Positions 1 to 8,968 of a stretch of 64,000 nt of DNA are shown here, piece after piece. The notes beneath the pieces were generated by a model. The model saw only the letters and a program-made list of their open reading frames with translations. It made no database searches and had not been told where the DNA came from. A program made the position numbers and the translations under genes. The first letter of the stretch is position 1, and each line of letters opens with the position of its first letter. Source of the stretch: an uncultured Chloroflexia bacterium (lineage in GTDB: Bacteria > Chloroflexota > Anaerolineae > B4-G1 > SLSP01); NCBI GenBank assembly GCA_963751345.1, contig CAVVUS010000040.1, forward strand, positions 1-64,000, read 5' to 3'.

Positions 1-94
1 CGTGACCTTCCACGCTCTGCATCGGCCTTGGCAACTTGCCGGCCCTCTCGGACCTCAGTCTTGCCCGCAGTCGGATTACCTTCAGGTATCCTTC

Positions 95-123
95 ATCTTA
101 CCACGCCCCGCGGTTCCTGTCAA
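95..123 (-). promoter_or_regulatory. sigma70-type promoter (proximal of three tandem promoters)
   Basis: Minus strand TTGACA (123-118), 17-nt spacer, TGn-TAAGAT (100-95). Confidence 0.75.
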
Positions 124-199
124 GCGCTCCCGCGCTCTCCCTCCCCCCGTGGCTTGTAAGGTCCGCTGTGCTCCCGCGCCTCCGCGTCAGCACCTCAGC

Positions 200-227
200 A
201 GTCTACCACAGCCCGTCGCGCTGTCAA
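200..227 (-). promoter_or_regulatory. sigma70-type promoter (middle)
   Basis: Minus strand TTGACA (227-222), 16-nt spacer, TGn-TAGACT (205-200). Confidence 0.7.
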
Positions 228-323
228 GCCCTCCGCCCCTCGGCTTCCGGCTCCCGCTCCTCGCGCTGTCTCCCCTGCTGTTAAGCTCCCGTGTCTGGCT
301 TCGTCCCCCAGCCACAGCGCTGC

Positions 324-351
324 ATCATACCACGCCCCCCGGTACTGTCAA
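324..351 (-). promoter_or_regulatory. sigma70-type promoter (distal)
   Basis: Minus strand TTGACA (351-346, containing the recJ TGA stop), 16-nt spacer, TGn-TATGAT (329-324), followed by GC-rich discriminator GCAGCGC. Confidence 0.75.
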
Positions 352-2717
352 CCCCTATGCGCACTATTCGCCGAACTCGATGCATCTGCCTGCGACAACA
401 ATCCGCTCAGCAGGCGATCCTTGTCGGCGCGCACAAAGAAGCGCCGGTACGATGATGTCTCGGATAGGACGCGCTGAAGCTCAGCGGCACTCCGCGCCAC
501 CATCTCGGTATCCGTATCACCTCCTACCGCGAGCCGAAGCGCAAGATCGCCACCGCTTATCACGCGGATCATCCCCTTGGCCTCCAACCAGGCGAGTCCT
601 GCCCGTACCGCTGCCTCACGATGCCCCATCGCGGCGGCAAGCTCAGGCACGCCAGTCCACCCGTCCTTCTTGTTCAGCGCGTGCTTCGCCAGACCGGCAA
701 GATATGTGAGAAATGTGCCGGGCTCATCCAACCCGCCGGGCTGCCCCACAAGCACAACCTCCCTGGGTGCCACACGCTTGAGAGCCAGTATGAGAGGCTC
801 CAACCCGGGCGGGCTGCTCCAAATCACCAGCGTCTCTGCGGGCGTCAACTCGAGCCGACTCAATGCCGGCACGGCCTCGTCTACCCTCCCCTCAGCCCAG
901 ACCACGACCCCCGTCGAACGCGCCTCAAGCAGCGCGGCAAGCCGGATCCCAGCATCGACCGCGCCACGCCAGTCCCGGATCACCAACTCCTGTGGTATGG
1001 CGACGGGCTGGGTGGCGATCACCTCGTCGTGAGCACGAGCTTCCTGCCACACAAGCTGCACGCTCGTGACACCCCGATACGTGTTCACCCGTAGACTGAA
1101 TGCCAGATCGAAGCGTCCCTCAGGCAGTGCCGCCTCATCCCCACCCCACCACACGACCTCCCGCTTGTTCTCGTGCCGGTCCGTCACGGTGACGCGCAGA
1201 TGCCGCCCGGCCCGGCCTAACTTGCGCTTGGCTACAATCTCCAGATCCCGTGTCGCCAACACCAGCGGCGGATTCCCCGCACCAAAAGGGGCCAGGCGCG
1301 CCAGATCGGTCACCAACGGCAGCGTCAACTCGTCGAGTAGAAGGTAGCCGTGGATCTGCAGCCGCGGCACCTCAGCACGCTTGGCCAGTTGGGCAGACAC
1401 TGCGCGATCGAGACCCTTCCTGAATTCGGCAATGCGTTCGGGATCGATCGTGACACCTGCGGCCATCGCGTGTCCCCCAAATCCCTCCAGCAACGCCTGC
1501 TGCGAGGCGATCGCATCGGTGATATGGCAACCCTCGACGGAGCGGGCCGACCCGTGCGCCATCTCCCCAGGGGGAGAGGAGAGCAGAACGACCGGCCGCT
1601 GGTATCGCTCCACCAGCCGGTTGGCCACAATGCCGATGACACCCGCGGGCCATAGAGGATCAGAGAGGACCAGCACCGACCCCTTCAGGAGCTCCGGCTC
1701 CCGCTCCAACCTGGCCTCCGCCGCTGCATCCACCTGATCGCAGAGCAGCCTTCGCCGCGCGTTGAGGCTCTCCAACTCCGATGCCACGATCCGAGCCCGC
1801 GTCAGGTCCTCCGTCGTGAGGAATTCAACAATCGGGTTCGCATCGGCCAGGCGGCCCAATGCATTCAGCCGGGGCCCGATGGCGAAGCCGATATCCTCCT
1901 CATCCACGTTCGCAGGATCGACGCCGGCGGACTTGAGAAGCTCCTGGATTCCGAGCCGACGCGTTCGCCGCAGCTCCCGAAGACCCAGTTGCAGGAGATA
2001 CCGTGTATCGCCGGTCTGTTCTGCTACATCTGCGACGATGCCCAGGGCGACGAGGTCCAACAATCCCTCTGCGTCACCTACACGTCCCGCAGCACCGTAG
2101 GCTGCCTGCGCCACCTTGTATGCAACGCCAACCCCAGGCAGCGCACCGAGAGGATGCCCCTCGGGGAGCAGATGCGGGTTGACCACCGCGAAGGCGTCGG
2201 GCAACTGCTCCGGGAGTTCGTGGTGGTCGGTGATCAGCACATCGACACCCTCTGCCCGGGCATAGGCCACCGCCTCGTGGGCGTCAATTCCCGTGTCGCA
2301 CGTGATCACGACCCGCACACCCTTTGATAGCTCCTGTGCCAGCCACGGCACCTTGATACCGTGCGACTCCGTCGCGCGGACAGGTATATGGTGGATGACG
2401 TCGGCACCGAGATCCTTGAGCATCGACACCAACACAGTCGTTGCCGTCTGGCCATCGACGTCGAAGTCTCCCCACACACAGATAAGCTCGTGTTGCGCGA
2501 TCGCCTGCCTAAGGCGTGCGACGGTGGCCGTCACGCCAGGTAAAGCCTCCGGTGGCGCCGGCACATAGGCCGCCGGATCCAGGAACGCCTTGGCGTCCTC
2601 GACCGTACGAAACCCGCGCCGCACCAACGTCTCGGTCACCAGCGGATGGCCGCCGACGGCTTCGCGCAGCGCGCGAGGCACGACAACCGGCTCCGGATCA
2701 AGCCAGTGTTGGGTCAT
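348..2717 (-). CDS. recJ: single-stranded-DNA-specific exonuclease RecJ with extended C-terminal region
   Basis: DHH-family motifs GDFDVDG, TCDTG, ITDHH, GPRLNALGRL, GSARS, GGHAMAAG, LAPFGAGNP. Confidence 0.95.
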   Translation of the reverse strand: MTQHWLDPEPVVVPRALREAVGGHPLVTETLVRRGFRTVEDAKAFLDPAAYVPAPPEALPGVTATVARLRQAIAQHELICVWGDFDVDGQTATTVLVSMLKDLGADVIHHIPVRATESHGIKVPWLAQELSKGVRVVITCDTGIDAHEAVAYARAEGVDVLITDHHELPEQLPDAFAVVNPHLLPEGHPLGALPGVGVAYKVAQAAYGAAGRVGDAEGLLDLVALGIVADVAEQTGDTRYLLQLGLRELRRTRRLGIQELLKSAGVDPANVDEEDIGFAIGPRLNALGRLADANPIVEFLTTEDLTRARIVASELESLNARRRLLCDQVDAAAEARLEREPELLKGSVLVLSDPLWPAGVIGIVANRLVERYQRPVVLLSSPPGEMAHGSARSVEGCHITDAIASQQALLEGFGGHAMAAGVTIDPERIAEFRKGLDRAVSAQLAKRAEVPRLQIHGYLLLDELTLPLVTDLARLAPFGAGNPPLVLATRDLEIVAKRKLGRAGRHLRVTVTDRHENKREVVWWGGDEAALPEGRFDLAFSLRVNTYRGVTSVQLVWQEARAHDEVIATQPVAIPQELVIRDWRGAVDAGIRLAALLEARSTGVVVWAEGRVDEAVPALSRLELTPAETLVIWSSPPGLEPLILALKRVAPREVVLVGQPGGLDEPGTFLTYLAGLAKHALNKKDGWTGVPELAAAMGHREAAVRAGLAWLEAKGMIRVISGGDLALRLAVGGDTDTEMVARSAAELQRVLSETSSYRRFFVRADKDRLLSGLLSQADASSSANSAHRG

Positions 2718-2774
2718 CGGGTGTCCACCGAACAGCCGGCTAACCTTCGCAAGGTTTCAGCGCACCCCGAAACC

Positions 2775-2806
2775 AACAGCCGCCAGCGGCTGCTGGCGGC
2801 TGTTTT
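2775..2806. terminator. hairpin / intrinsic terminator between apgM and recJ
   Basis: Perfect 13-bp stem AACAGCCGCCAGC / GCTGGCGGCTGTT with 4-nt loop, then TT; T-rich tail also on the minus strand. Confidence 0.6.
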
Positions 2807-2834
2807 CGTCCTCATCGTGAACTGGTGAATCGTG

Positions 2835-4037
2835 CTAGGCGCCGAACTTGGTGAGCCGTTCGGCGTTAGCCATCATCAGGGGGAGTAGATCGGTGTGGCG
2901 GATATGCCCCATACCACCCGCCATACACGGGCGCTCGCCAAAGGCATCTACGTTGTCAGGGCGGATATGCTTCGACCACAGAAGCACCGGGAGCTCGTGC
3001 CAGGAATGCGACTTGAGGGCCGCGGGCGTGCTGTGGTCGCCGGTGACCAAGACCACGTCCGGGTTGAGCGCCAGAATGTCGGCGAGGGCCGCATCGGCCT
3101 CCTCAATAACGTGCACTTTGGCATCGAAGTTCCCGTCCTCGCCATAGCTGTCGGTTTTCTTCACATGGAAGAAGAAGAAGTCGTGGTCTGCCCAGTGTTG
3201 CCGCAGCGTCTCGACCTCGCTCGCGATGGTGTCGCCCGTCGGCAACACGGTCATGCCGACCAATCGCCCGATGCCACGGTACATCGGATAGGTCGCAATT
3301 GCAGCCAGTTTCATCTTGTACGTGTTGGGCATCTTGGGGATCGGTGGAACCTTGGCGATGCCGCGCAGGTTCATGCTGTTCGCCCGGGGTTCATTCGCCA
3401 GAAGCTTCCGGGCCTCCGACAACCAATGGTTGAGCAGAGACGCTGCCTTCTCGGCTCCGGGTTGCGTCGCTTCCACCGGCAGCGGCGGCACGCCCGTCAT
3501 CTGTGGATCGGTCTCCGTCAGACCACCCTCCAACCCCTCTCCACGCAGAACCAGAACGAACCGATACTCCTTCACCACCTCGACGAAGGTCTCAACGCCG
3601 GGCAGCTGGATACGCCGAAGCTCCTCCACCAGCCTCGCGCCCTCCTCAGTGGGGATGCGACCAGCACGCCGATCCGTGATATTGCCTTCAGCATCGACTG
3701 TGGCGAAGTTGCCGCGAGCCGCAAGATCCTTGTGACCCAGATCGAAGTCGATCCCCAACGCTTCAAGGACGCCGCGGCCGATCTCCCACTCGATGGGATC
3801 ATAGCCGAACAGCGCCACATGACCCGGTCCGCTACCAGGTGTAACGCCGGGGCGCGCCGATGTGCTCAGCCCTGTGATGCCTCTCTTTGCCAACGAATCC
3901 AGGTTGGGCGTGTGCGCCGCCTCCAACTCCGTCAAGCCCTGCGGGCCCGGCAGTCCACCGAGACCATCCATCACCAGCAAGACCATCTTGGTCGTGCCGG
4001 GAATGCTCAATTCGCTCATCAACTCTAGCTGATCCAT
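2835..4037 (-). CDS. apgM: 2,3-bisphosphoglycerate-independent phosphoglycerate mutase (archaeal-type)
   Basis: MDGLGG, TPNLD, PGSGPGH, DRRAGRI, HVKKTDSYGEDG, TGDHSTP, SHSWH motifs; ATG at 4037 with AGGAGG upstream. Confidence 0.9.
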   Translation of the reverse strand: MDQLELMSELSIPGTTKMVLLVMDGLGGLPGPQGLTELEAAHTPNLDSLAKRGITGLSTSARPGVTPGSGPGHVALFGYDPIEWEIGRGVLEALGIDFDLGHKDLAARGNFATVDAEGNITDRRAGRIPTEEGARLVEELRRIQLPGVETFVEVVKEYRFVLVLRGEGLEGGLTETDPQMTGVPPLPVEATQPGAEKAASLLNHWLSEARKLLANEPRANSMNLRGIAKVPPIPKMPNTYKMKLAAIATYPMYRGIGRLVGMTVLPTGDTIASEVETLRQHWADHDFFFFHVKKTDSYGEDGNFDAKVHVIEEADAALADILALNPDVVLVTGDHSTPAALKSHSWHELPVLLWSKHIRPDNVDAFGERPCMAGGMGHIRHTDLLPLMMANAERLTKFGA

Positions 4038-4126
4038 CCTAACTAGCCTCCTGTCGCCTTTCACATCGCATCTATAGCGCTATTGTACCCGCCAAGACCC
4101 GGTCCACAAACGCCCGCTTACCCATG

Positions 4127-4981
4127 CTAGAACTCGATCTCGCTTATCTGCTCGAAGTCAAAGGTGACGTCGTCGACTCCCTCCTGCAGCTCCCACTCGG
4201 CAGGCATGCTCTCGAGATCTCCGGCCTCCTCGCCACGCCCACAGTACGAACGGAAGACGCAATATCTGCACTTCTGCACATCGTCTGTCAGGCGGAAGTC
4301 ATCATCGCCCATTCCTGAGATCTGCTCGATCAGTCGCGTGAGATAGTTGTGGTCCGACCGGTACTGGTCATCGCCGTACACGAACCTCGCCGGTGATTGG
4401 GGGGCCTCGGGAAACCAGTAGATCATCTCAACGCTCGCAGGATGGATGGCCCCGCCACCGCTGAGTGCCTGGCCCGCCTCGACCAGCACAAAGGGATAGA
4501 CCCGCGACTGCAGTCGCCCGCGTAACCGGTCATCGGGCGTCCGCTTTGTCGAAGTCTTCCAGTCCAGAATCGTGGCCTTGTTCGAAGGCAGCAAGACCAA
4601 GACGTCATATTTCGCCATAAGGCGATAGCCTGCCACTCGCCCGGACAATGTGTACTCGGTGCGGATCAACGCCTGCTCGGATGCCCCGCCGAAACTCTCC
4701 ACCGGACGATAGACCAGCGTGTTCTGCCACCACCGTTGGAGCTCCGGGTCGTCCGTATGGCGCGCGATCAGGTCCTCGGGGACACCCAGCAGCCACTGCT
4801 GCACCATCCTGTGGTACGCCTGCCCGAGGATCATCCGTTGCTCCTGGGCCTCAATGGGCTCCGCCTCCGCAGCAGGCCACCGGAGCTCCATCAAGTAGCG
4901 AAGCTGGAAACGCCTATGGCATTCCACGAAGTCCTGGAGGCTTGCCTGACTGAACTGGAAATCGTCGGATAGGCCCATCAC
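4127..4981 (-). CDS. stand-alone PD-(D/E)XK nuclease with 4Fe-4S cysteines (AddB/RecB-like nuclease domain)
   Basis: FSQASLQDFVEC..RF..RY, G..YH, E...AKYD, ILDWKT, Q..Y and C-terminal CRYC....YC; acidic tail. Confidence 0.85.
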   Translation of the reverse strand: MMGLSDDFQFSQASLQDFVECHRRFQLRYLMELRWPAAEAEPIEAQEQRMILGQAYHRMVQQWLLGVPEDLIARHTDDPELQRWWQNTLVYRPVESFGGASEQALIRTEYTLSGRVAGYRLMAKYDVLVLLPSNKATILDWKTSTKRTPDDRLRGRLQSRVYPFVLVEAGQALSGGGAIHPASVEMIYWFPEAPQSPARFVYGDDQYRSDHNYLTRLIEQISGMGDDDFRLTDDVQKCRYCVFRSYCGRGEEAGDLESMPAEWELQEGVDDVTFDFEQISEIEF

Positions 4982-4991
4982 GCTTCTCCCC

Positions 4992-7247
4992 TCATCGATT
5001 CTGCTGCTCCCACCATGTCTGGAGAGCGATTACGGGCACCGCGGGCTGCGCGTTGCCACGTCTCCCCGTGTTCCACGTCACGCTCAGGGCCCGCCTGGCT
5101 CTCGTCACACCTACGAAGAGGAGCCGCAGCCTCTCGGCAGCGTAGTCCCGCCGAGCCGCCAACGTCGGCGAACCCTCGTCATAGTCAAACAGATCCGGAT
5201 TCTCCTCAAGCGCGGCCAACTGTGCCAACGCTTCCGCCTCGAGGTTGAGATGATCCCGTATATACCAGGGCTCGGAGATGAAGGTATCCTGGGGCAGCGC
5301 TGAGGGAAAGTTGTAGTCATTGACCGAGACAAGATAGACCTTGTCCCATTCCAGACCCTTGGCCTTGTGCATCGTCGTCACGACTACCTGACCTCTGTAT
5401 ACATCCGGATCGAAGCCTGTGTCGGCATCGGCAAACCCGATGAAGCGCCGCTCATTACGCGCGATCACGGCCAACTCCTCCGTCAGCTCCGGAAGCCGCC
5501 ACTCAGGGTTGCTGTCGCCCGCCTGGCGCAGAGCAAGCGCCAGTTTGTGAGCGATCGCCAGGTCGGACGGCTCACGAAAGAGATCCTGCGACAGGGTCAG
5601 GACAAGCTGATCGATCGGCAGCGCTGTCGCGCCCTGCCAGCGACGGACGAGATCCCGGAAAGCGGTCAGATGATCGTGAAGCTCCGGGGTCCAGCCGGTC
5701 TCGCTTGTCAGCCCGTCCAACCAGTCGCGCCCGGCCCGCGGCCAGATGTAGTCTTCGACGCGAAGACACTGCCCAATCAGCTTCGTAATCGCCTGAATCT
5801 CCTCCATCTGGGCGGCATCACCCCGCTCATCGCGGCGCCAAACCCTGTAGACCGTGGACAGCTTGCGCGCAGAGGTGGGGTCGGCCAGGTAGTGGACGAC
5901 GTTGCCAAGGGCGCCGGCAGCCTCGCGGGTTGACGGCGTGCTTCGCAGTAGCTCGACGTGGGGTATCTGGGCGCGTTTCAGCGCGTCGGAGATCTCAAAG
6001 CCACGAAAGTTCCGGGGCACCAGGATGGCCACCGTCTGATCCGGGTGCTCCTCCACCCACCCTCCCGCGGACTTGACGACGGCATCTATTTCCGCCTGCG
6101 GTGCAAAACCCCGCGCGACAAAGCGCACTTCGCCCGGATTATCGTCCGGGTTAGGCTGTGGGTCGCCGCGCGGCGTGGGGGCGATGTAGGGCGTCCCCAG
6201 GGCGTTGCGCAGCCCTGCCACCGGATGCTCATCCCTCGTCCAGTCAATCAGGGCATTGGCCAGATCGATGATGCTCTGCATGGATCGACCGGAGTTTGGC
6301 AGGTCGCGCTTCAGAACATCAGCCTCTTCGAGGAAAGCGCGCAGATACTTGGGATTCGCCGTGGTAAAGGTCTCATAGATGGCCTGATTGGGATCTCCTA
6401 CACGCACCCAGTTGCCTTCAGGCCCGACAAGCTCTCTGAGGATCACCTCCTGGAGACGGCTGCTGTCCTGCGCCTCGTCCTCCAGCACGTAGGGCCAACG
6501 ATGGCGGAGCCGTGCCAGGAAGGCCGGATCCAGGCGCAGGGCCTGCAGGGCCAGCCGGATGAGATCATCAAAGTCAACAGCGCCCCGATACGCAAGTGCG
6601 CGTTGGTAATCCGCATAGACCGAGCAACCCATCTCAAGCAGCGGGAGCTCATCAGGAAAGTTGTCGAGCATATAGCGCAGCATCGCCGGCGTGATCTGCA
6701 GATCCTTCGCCTGCTTGATCAAGGCGGTCGCGATCCCTACAACCTGATCGGGCCAACGACTGTTCCGCACCCTCTCCGCCTGCCATGCTTCCAGGTCGGG
6801 AGCAAAGTGGTCGTCCGCCATTTCAGGATGGGACTGCAGCCAGGCCACAGCGGCATCCTTCAGCATGCCCGCTGAGGCACGCTCGTCGATGATGCTGAAG
6901 TCGTCCGATAGGCCCACCAGTCCGGGGCGCTCCCGGACAATGGTATGGGCCAGTCCGTGGAGTGTCCGGACCCGGTATCCGACACCCGGCAGCAGCCCAC
7001 TGTCCTGGATGAAACTCCCCACACGCATGGCGAAGTTGGTGACAGCAGAGTTCACCAGAGTGACGATCAACACCTCCTGATCGTCGCCAAGGTCTCCCTC
7101 CGCCACCAGCTTCGCGGCCAGAGCGGAGAGTGTCCACGTCTTGCCACTCCCCGGGACGGCAGACACCCCCATCTTCCCGCCCGTGTAGGCGAGGACCGCC
7201 GCCTGCTTTGGACGCGGCTTGAACCCAAGACGCACTGCGTCGCTCAG
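4992..7247 (-). CDS. ATP-dependent SF1A (UvrD/AddA-like) DNA helicase without nuclease domain
   Basis: Q motif PKQ, Walker A AVPGSGKT, DEAQD, VGDPNQAIY, TMHKAKGLEWD, ERLRLLFVGVTRAR. Start is either CTG 7247 (GGAGGT 6 nt upstream) or GTG 7235. Confidence 0.9.
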   Translation of the reverse strand: MSDAVRLGFKPRPKQAAVLAYTGGKMGVSAVPGSGKTWTLSALAAKLVAEGDLGDDQEVLIVTLVNSAVTNFAMRVGSFIQDSGLLPGVGYRVRTLHGLAHTIVRERPGLVGLSDDFSIIDERASAGMLKDAAVAWLQSHPEMADDHFAPDLEAWQAERVRNSRWPDQVVGIATALIKQAKDLQITPAMLRYMLDNFPDELPLLEMGCSVYADYQRALAYRGAVDFDDLIRLALQALRLDPAFLARLRHRWPYVLEDEAQDSSRLQEVILRELVGPEGNWVRVGDPNQAIYETFTTANPKYLRAFLEEADVLKRDLPNSGRSMQSIIDLANALIDWTRDEHPVAGLRNALGTPYIAPTPRGDPQPNPDDNPGEVRFVARGFAPQAEIDAVVKSAGGWVEEHPDQTVAILVPRNFRGFEISDALKRAQIPHVELLRSTPSTREAAGALGNVVHYLADPTSARKLSTVYRVWRRDERGDAAQMEEIQAITKLIGQCLRVEDYIWPRAGRDWLDGLTSETGWTPELHDHLTAFRDLVRRWQGATALPIDQLVLTLSQDLFREPSDLAIAHKLALALRQAGDSNPEWRLPELTEELAVIARNERRFIGFADADTGFDPDVYRGQVVVTTMHKAKGLEWDKVYLVSVNDYNFPSALPQDTFISEPWYIRDHLNLEAEALAQLAALEENPDLFDYDEGSPTLAARRDYAAERLRLLFVGVTRARRALSVTWNTGRRGNAQPAVPVIALQTWWEQQNR

Positions 7248-8920
7248 AGCTGTACCTCCGCCCGGACCGTTCCGGCCCGTTCGTGACGCGCGATCAGCTT
7301 CACGGTTCCCCCATCGGGGGCACGGACCACCCATTCGACTTTGATCCGGTCCTCCGTCTCATCCTCCGCACTCATGAAGGCATCCTTGTAAGCGCGGCCC
7401 TCCAGTTGTCCAAGCTCCTCGCGCGGCTTTCCGGTCTCAAGCGTAGCCCCCTCCGGGAGCTCGATCTCACAGACAAGCCCGCGTATGACCTTCTTTTCGA
7501 GGGCCTTCTTCGTCACGTACGAGGGGAGCCAGCCCGTGTTGTGCACCACAAGACGGACACGATAAGCGCCATCCCCCAAAGACTTCGCTGACACCTCAAA
7601 GAGCTCGAGCCGCGGCGAAATCAGCAGCGCCCAAACCAGCCACCTCGGGAAGAGAGCCACTTCCTTCTTCACAAATTGCTTTGGAGGGTTGCGGAATGCA
7701 TACACGTGGTCCCACCCACCTAGCTCAATCGCCCCAAGTTGTGGATGATCGTACGGATACCAGTCGACGTAGCCCTTGCCGTCCAACACCTCATCGCTCC
7801 AAGCGAGCATCTTTAGGTCATCCTCCAACGGATGCTCGCGGTACCAATCGATGAACTTGTAGTCCTCGATCCCGGCCTGTCGCTGCGGACTCCAGATCTC
7901 GATCGTCCAGCCAAACGTGCCCATCTGCTCGTAGAGCCAGGTGTCGAAGCCACCGGTGATGATTTCCTTGGGATGGTACCGGAAGTCGTGAAAGACCGAC
8001 ACGTTCGGATAGCCGGTGATCTCCGTGCCCTTCTTGCCGATCTTCTCATAGGTCCACAGGTCCTGAACCGGGAACTCCTTGTCATCCCGATCGTCGTAGG
8101 GCCGCAGCATCACACCGGCGTAGGTATGGAACGCCACGCCACCTGTGATGTTGTGATGATCCGCCACAAAGTGAACCAAGGCGCGCGCCTCGGGCTCCGA
8201 TACCGGGTACGGGCCCGCGCCGCGTTGCTCGTTCTCCTGCCGCCAGTGCTCGGGGAAGTTGCGGTTGAGGTCCAGGCGTTCCTTTTTGGGTTGAAGCGTG
8301 ATCGTCACGCCATCGTAGTTGTCGACCTTGCCCTCCGGCAGGAGACGGTAGTATGTCCCACCTGTTTCGATCGGGTCGCGTCGCACCATCAGCCTGGAAT
8401 CTTCCGTGCAGACCTTCCATGGCCCGTTCGGATCGGCGATCCGCATGGTCAGCATCCGCCCATCACCGTCCATATCCTCCACCACCAGGCCGCCGATGGG
8501 CTCCTCGTCGTAGGGGTAAGGACGCGTGCTCGACCGAACGTACTTGGGCTTGTCTGCCAACGCCCACTCGGCACCATCGGGGTTCACCCGCGGCACGATG
8601 TAGTAAGCACGCGTATCCAGCACACGCGTCACGTCGGGATCGTCACCGTAGCCTGACACCAGGTAGTCGATGAAATAGAGGCATGCCGTCGAGGGTGAGA
8701 CCTCAGTCGCGTGGATGTTACCGTCAACCCAGAAGGCCGGCTTCTCGCGGTCGGATCCGGTCTCGACGTTGGTCACCACAGCGATCCAGATATCGCGCCC
8801 CTCGTAACTCTTGCCGAGGCTATCGAGGCGCACGAGACCCGGATACTCCTCGGCGTAGGCCCGCAGGTGTCGGGTCAGATCATCGTAGCGGTAGAAAGTG
8901 TCGAACGAAACATCGGGCAT
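7244..8920 (-). CDS. M14 family zinc carboxypeptidase
   Basis: HATE (HxxE), NPDG, DLNRNF, FHTY, TIEIW motifs; no signal peptide. Confidence 0.88.
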   Translation of the reverse strand: MPDVSFDTFYRYDDLTRHLRAYAEEYPGLVRLDSLGKSYEGRDIWIAVVTNVETGSDREKPAFWVDGNIHATEVSPSTACLYFIDYLVSGYGDDPDVTRVLDTRAYYIVPRVNPDGAEWALADKPKYVRSSTRPYPYDEEPIGGLVVEDMDGDGRMLTMRIADPNGPWKVCTEDSRLMVRRDPIETGGTYYRLLPEGKVDNYDGVTITLQPKKERLDLNRNFPEHWRQENEQRGAGPYPVSEPEARALVHFVADHHNITGGVAFHTYAGVMLRPYDDRDDKEFPVQDLWTYEKIGKKGTEITGYPNVSVFHDFRYHPKEIITGGFDTWLYEQMGTFGWTIEIWSPQRQAGIEDYKFIDWYREHPLEDDLKMLAWSDEVLDGKGYVDWYPYDHPQLGAIELGGWDHVYAFRNPPKQFVKKEVALFPRWLVWALLISPRLELFEVSAKSLGDGAYRVRLVVHNTGWLPSYVTKKALEKKVIRGLVCEIELPEGATLETGKPREELGQLEGRAYKDAFMSAEDETEDRIKVEWVVRAPDGGTVKLIARHERAGTVRAEVQL

Positions 8921-8968
8921 TGTCAGTCTCCTTATTTCGTGCCAAATGGTAAGCAGGGCCGAGCGGCC

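Noticed and set aside
2-709. 235-aa plus-strand ORF
   Set aside because: It is low-complexity, overlaps recJ antisense and spans the promoter array.
4127-4981. Cas4 / CRISPR adaptation gene
   Set aside because: The fold and Cys pattern are shared with Cas4, but there is no cas1/cas2 or repeat-spacer array; the neighbours are SF1 helicases and RecJ.
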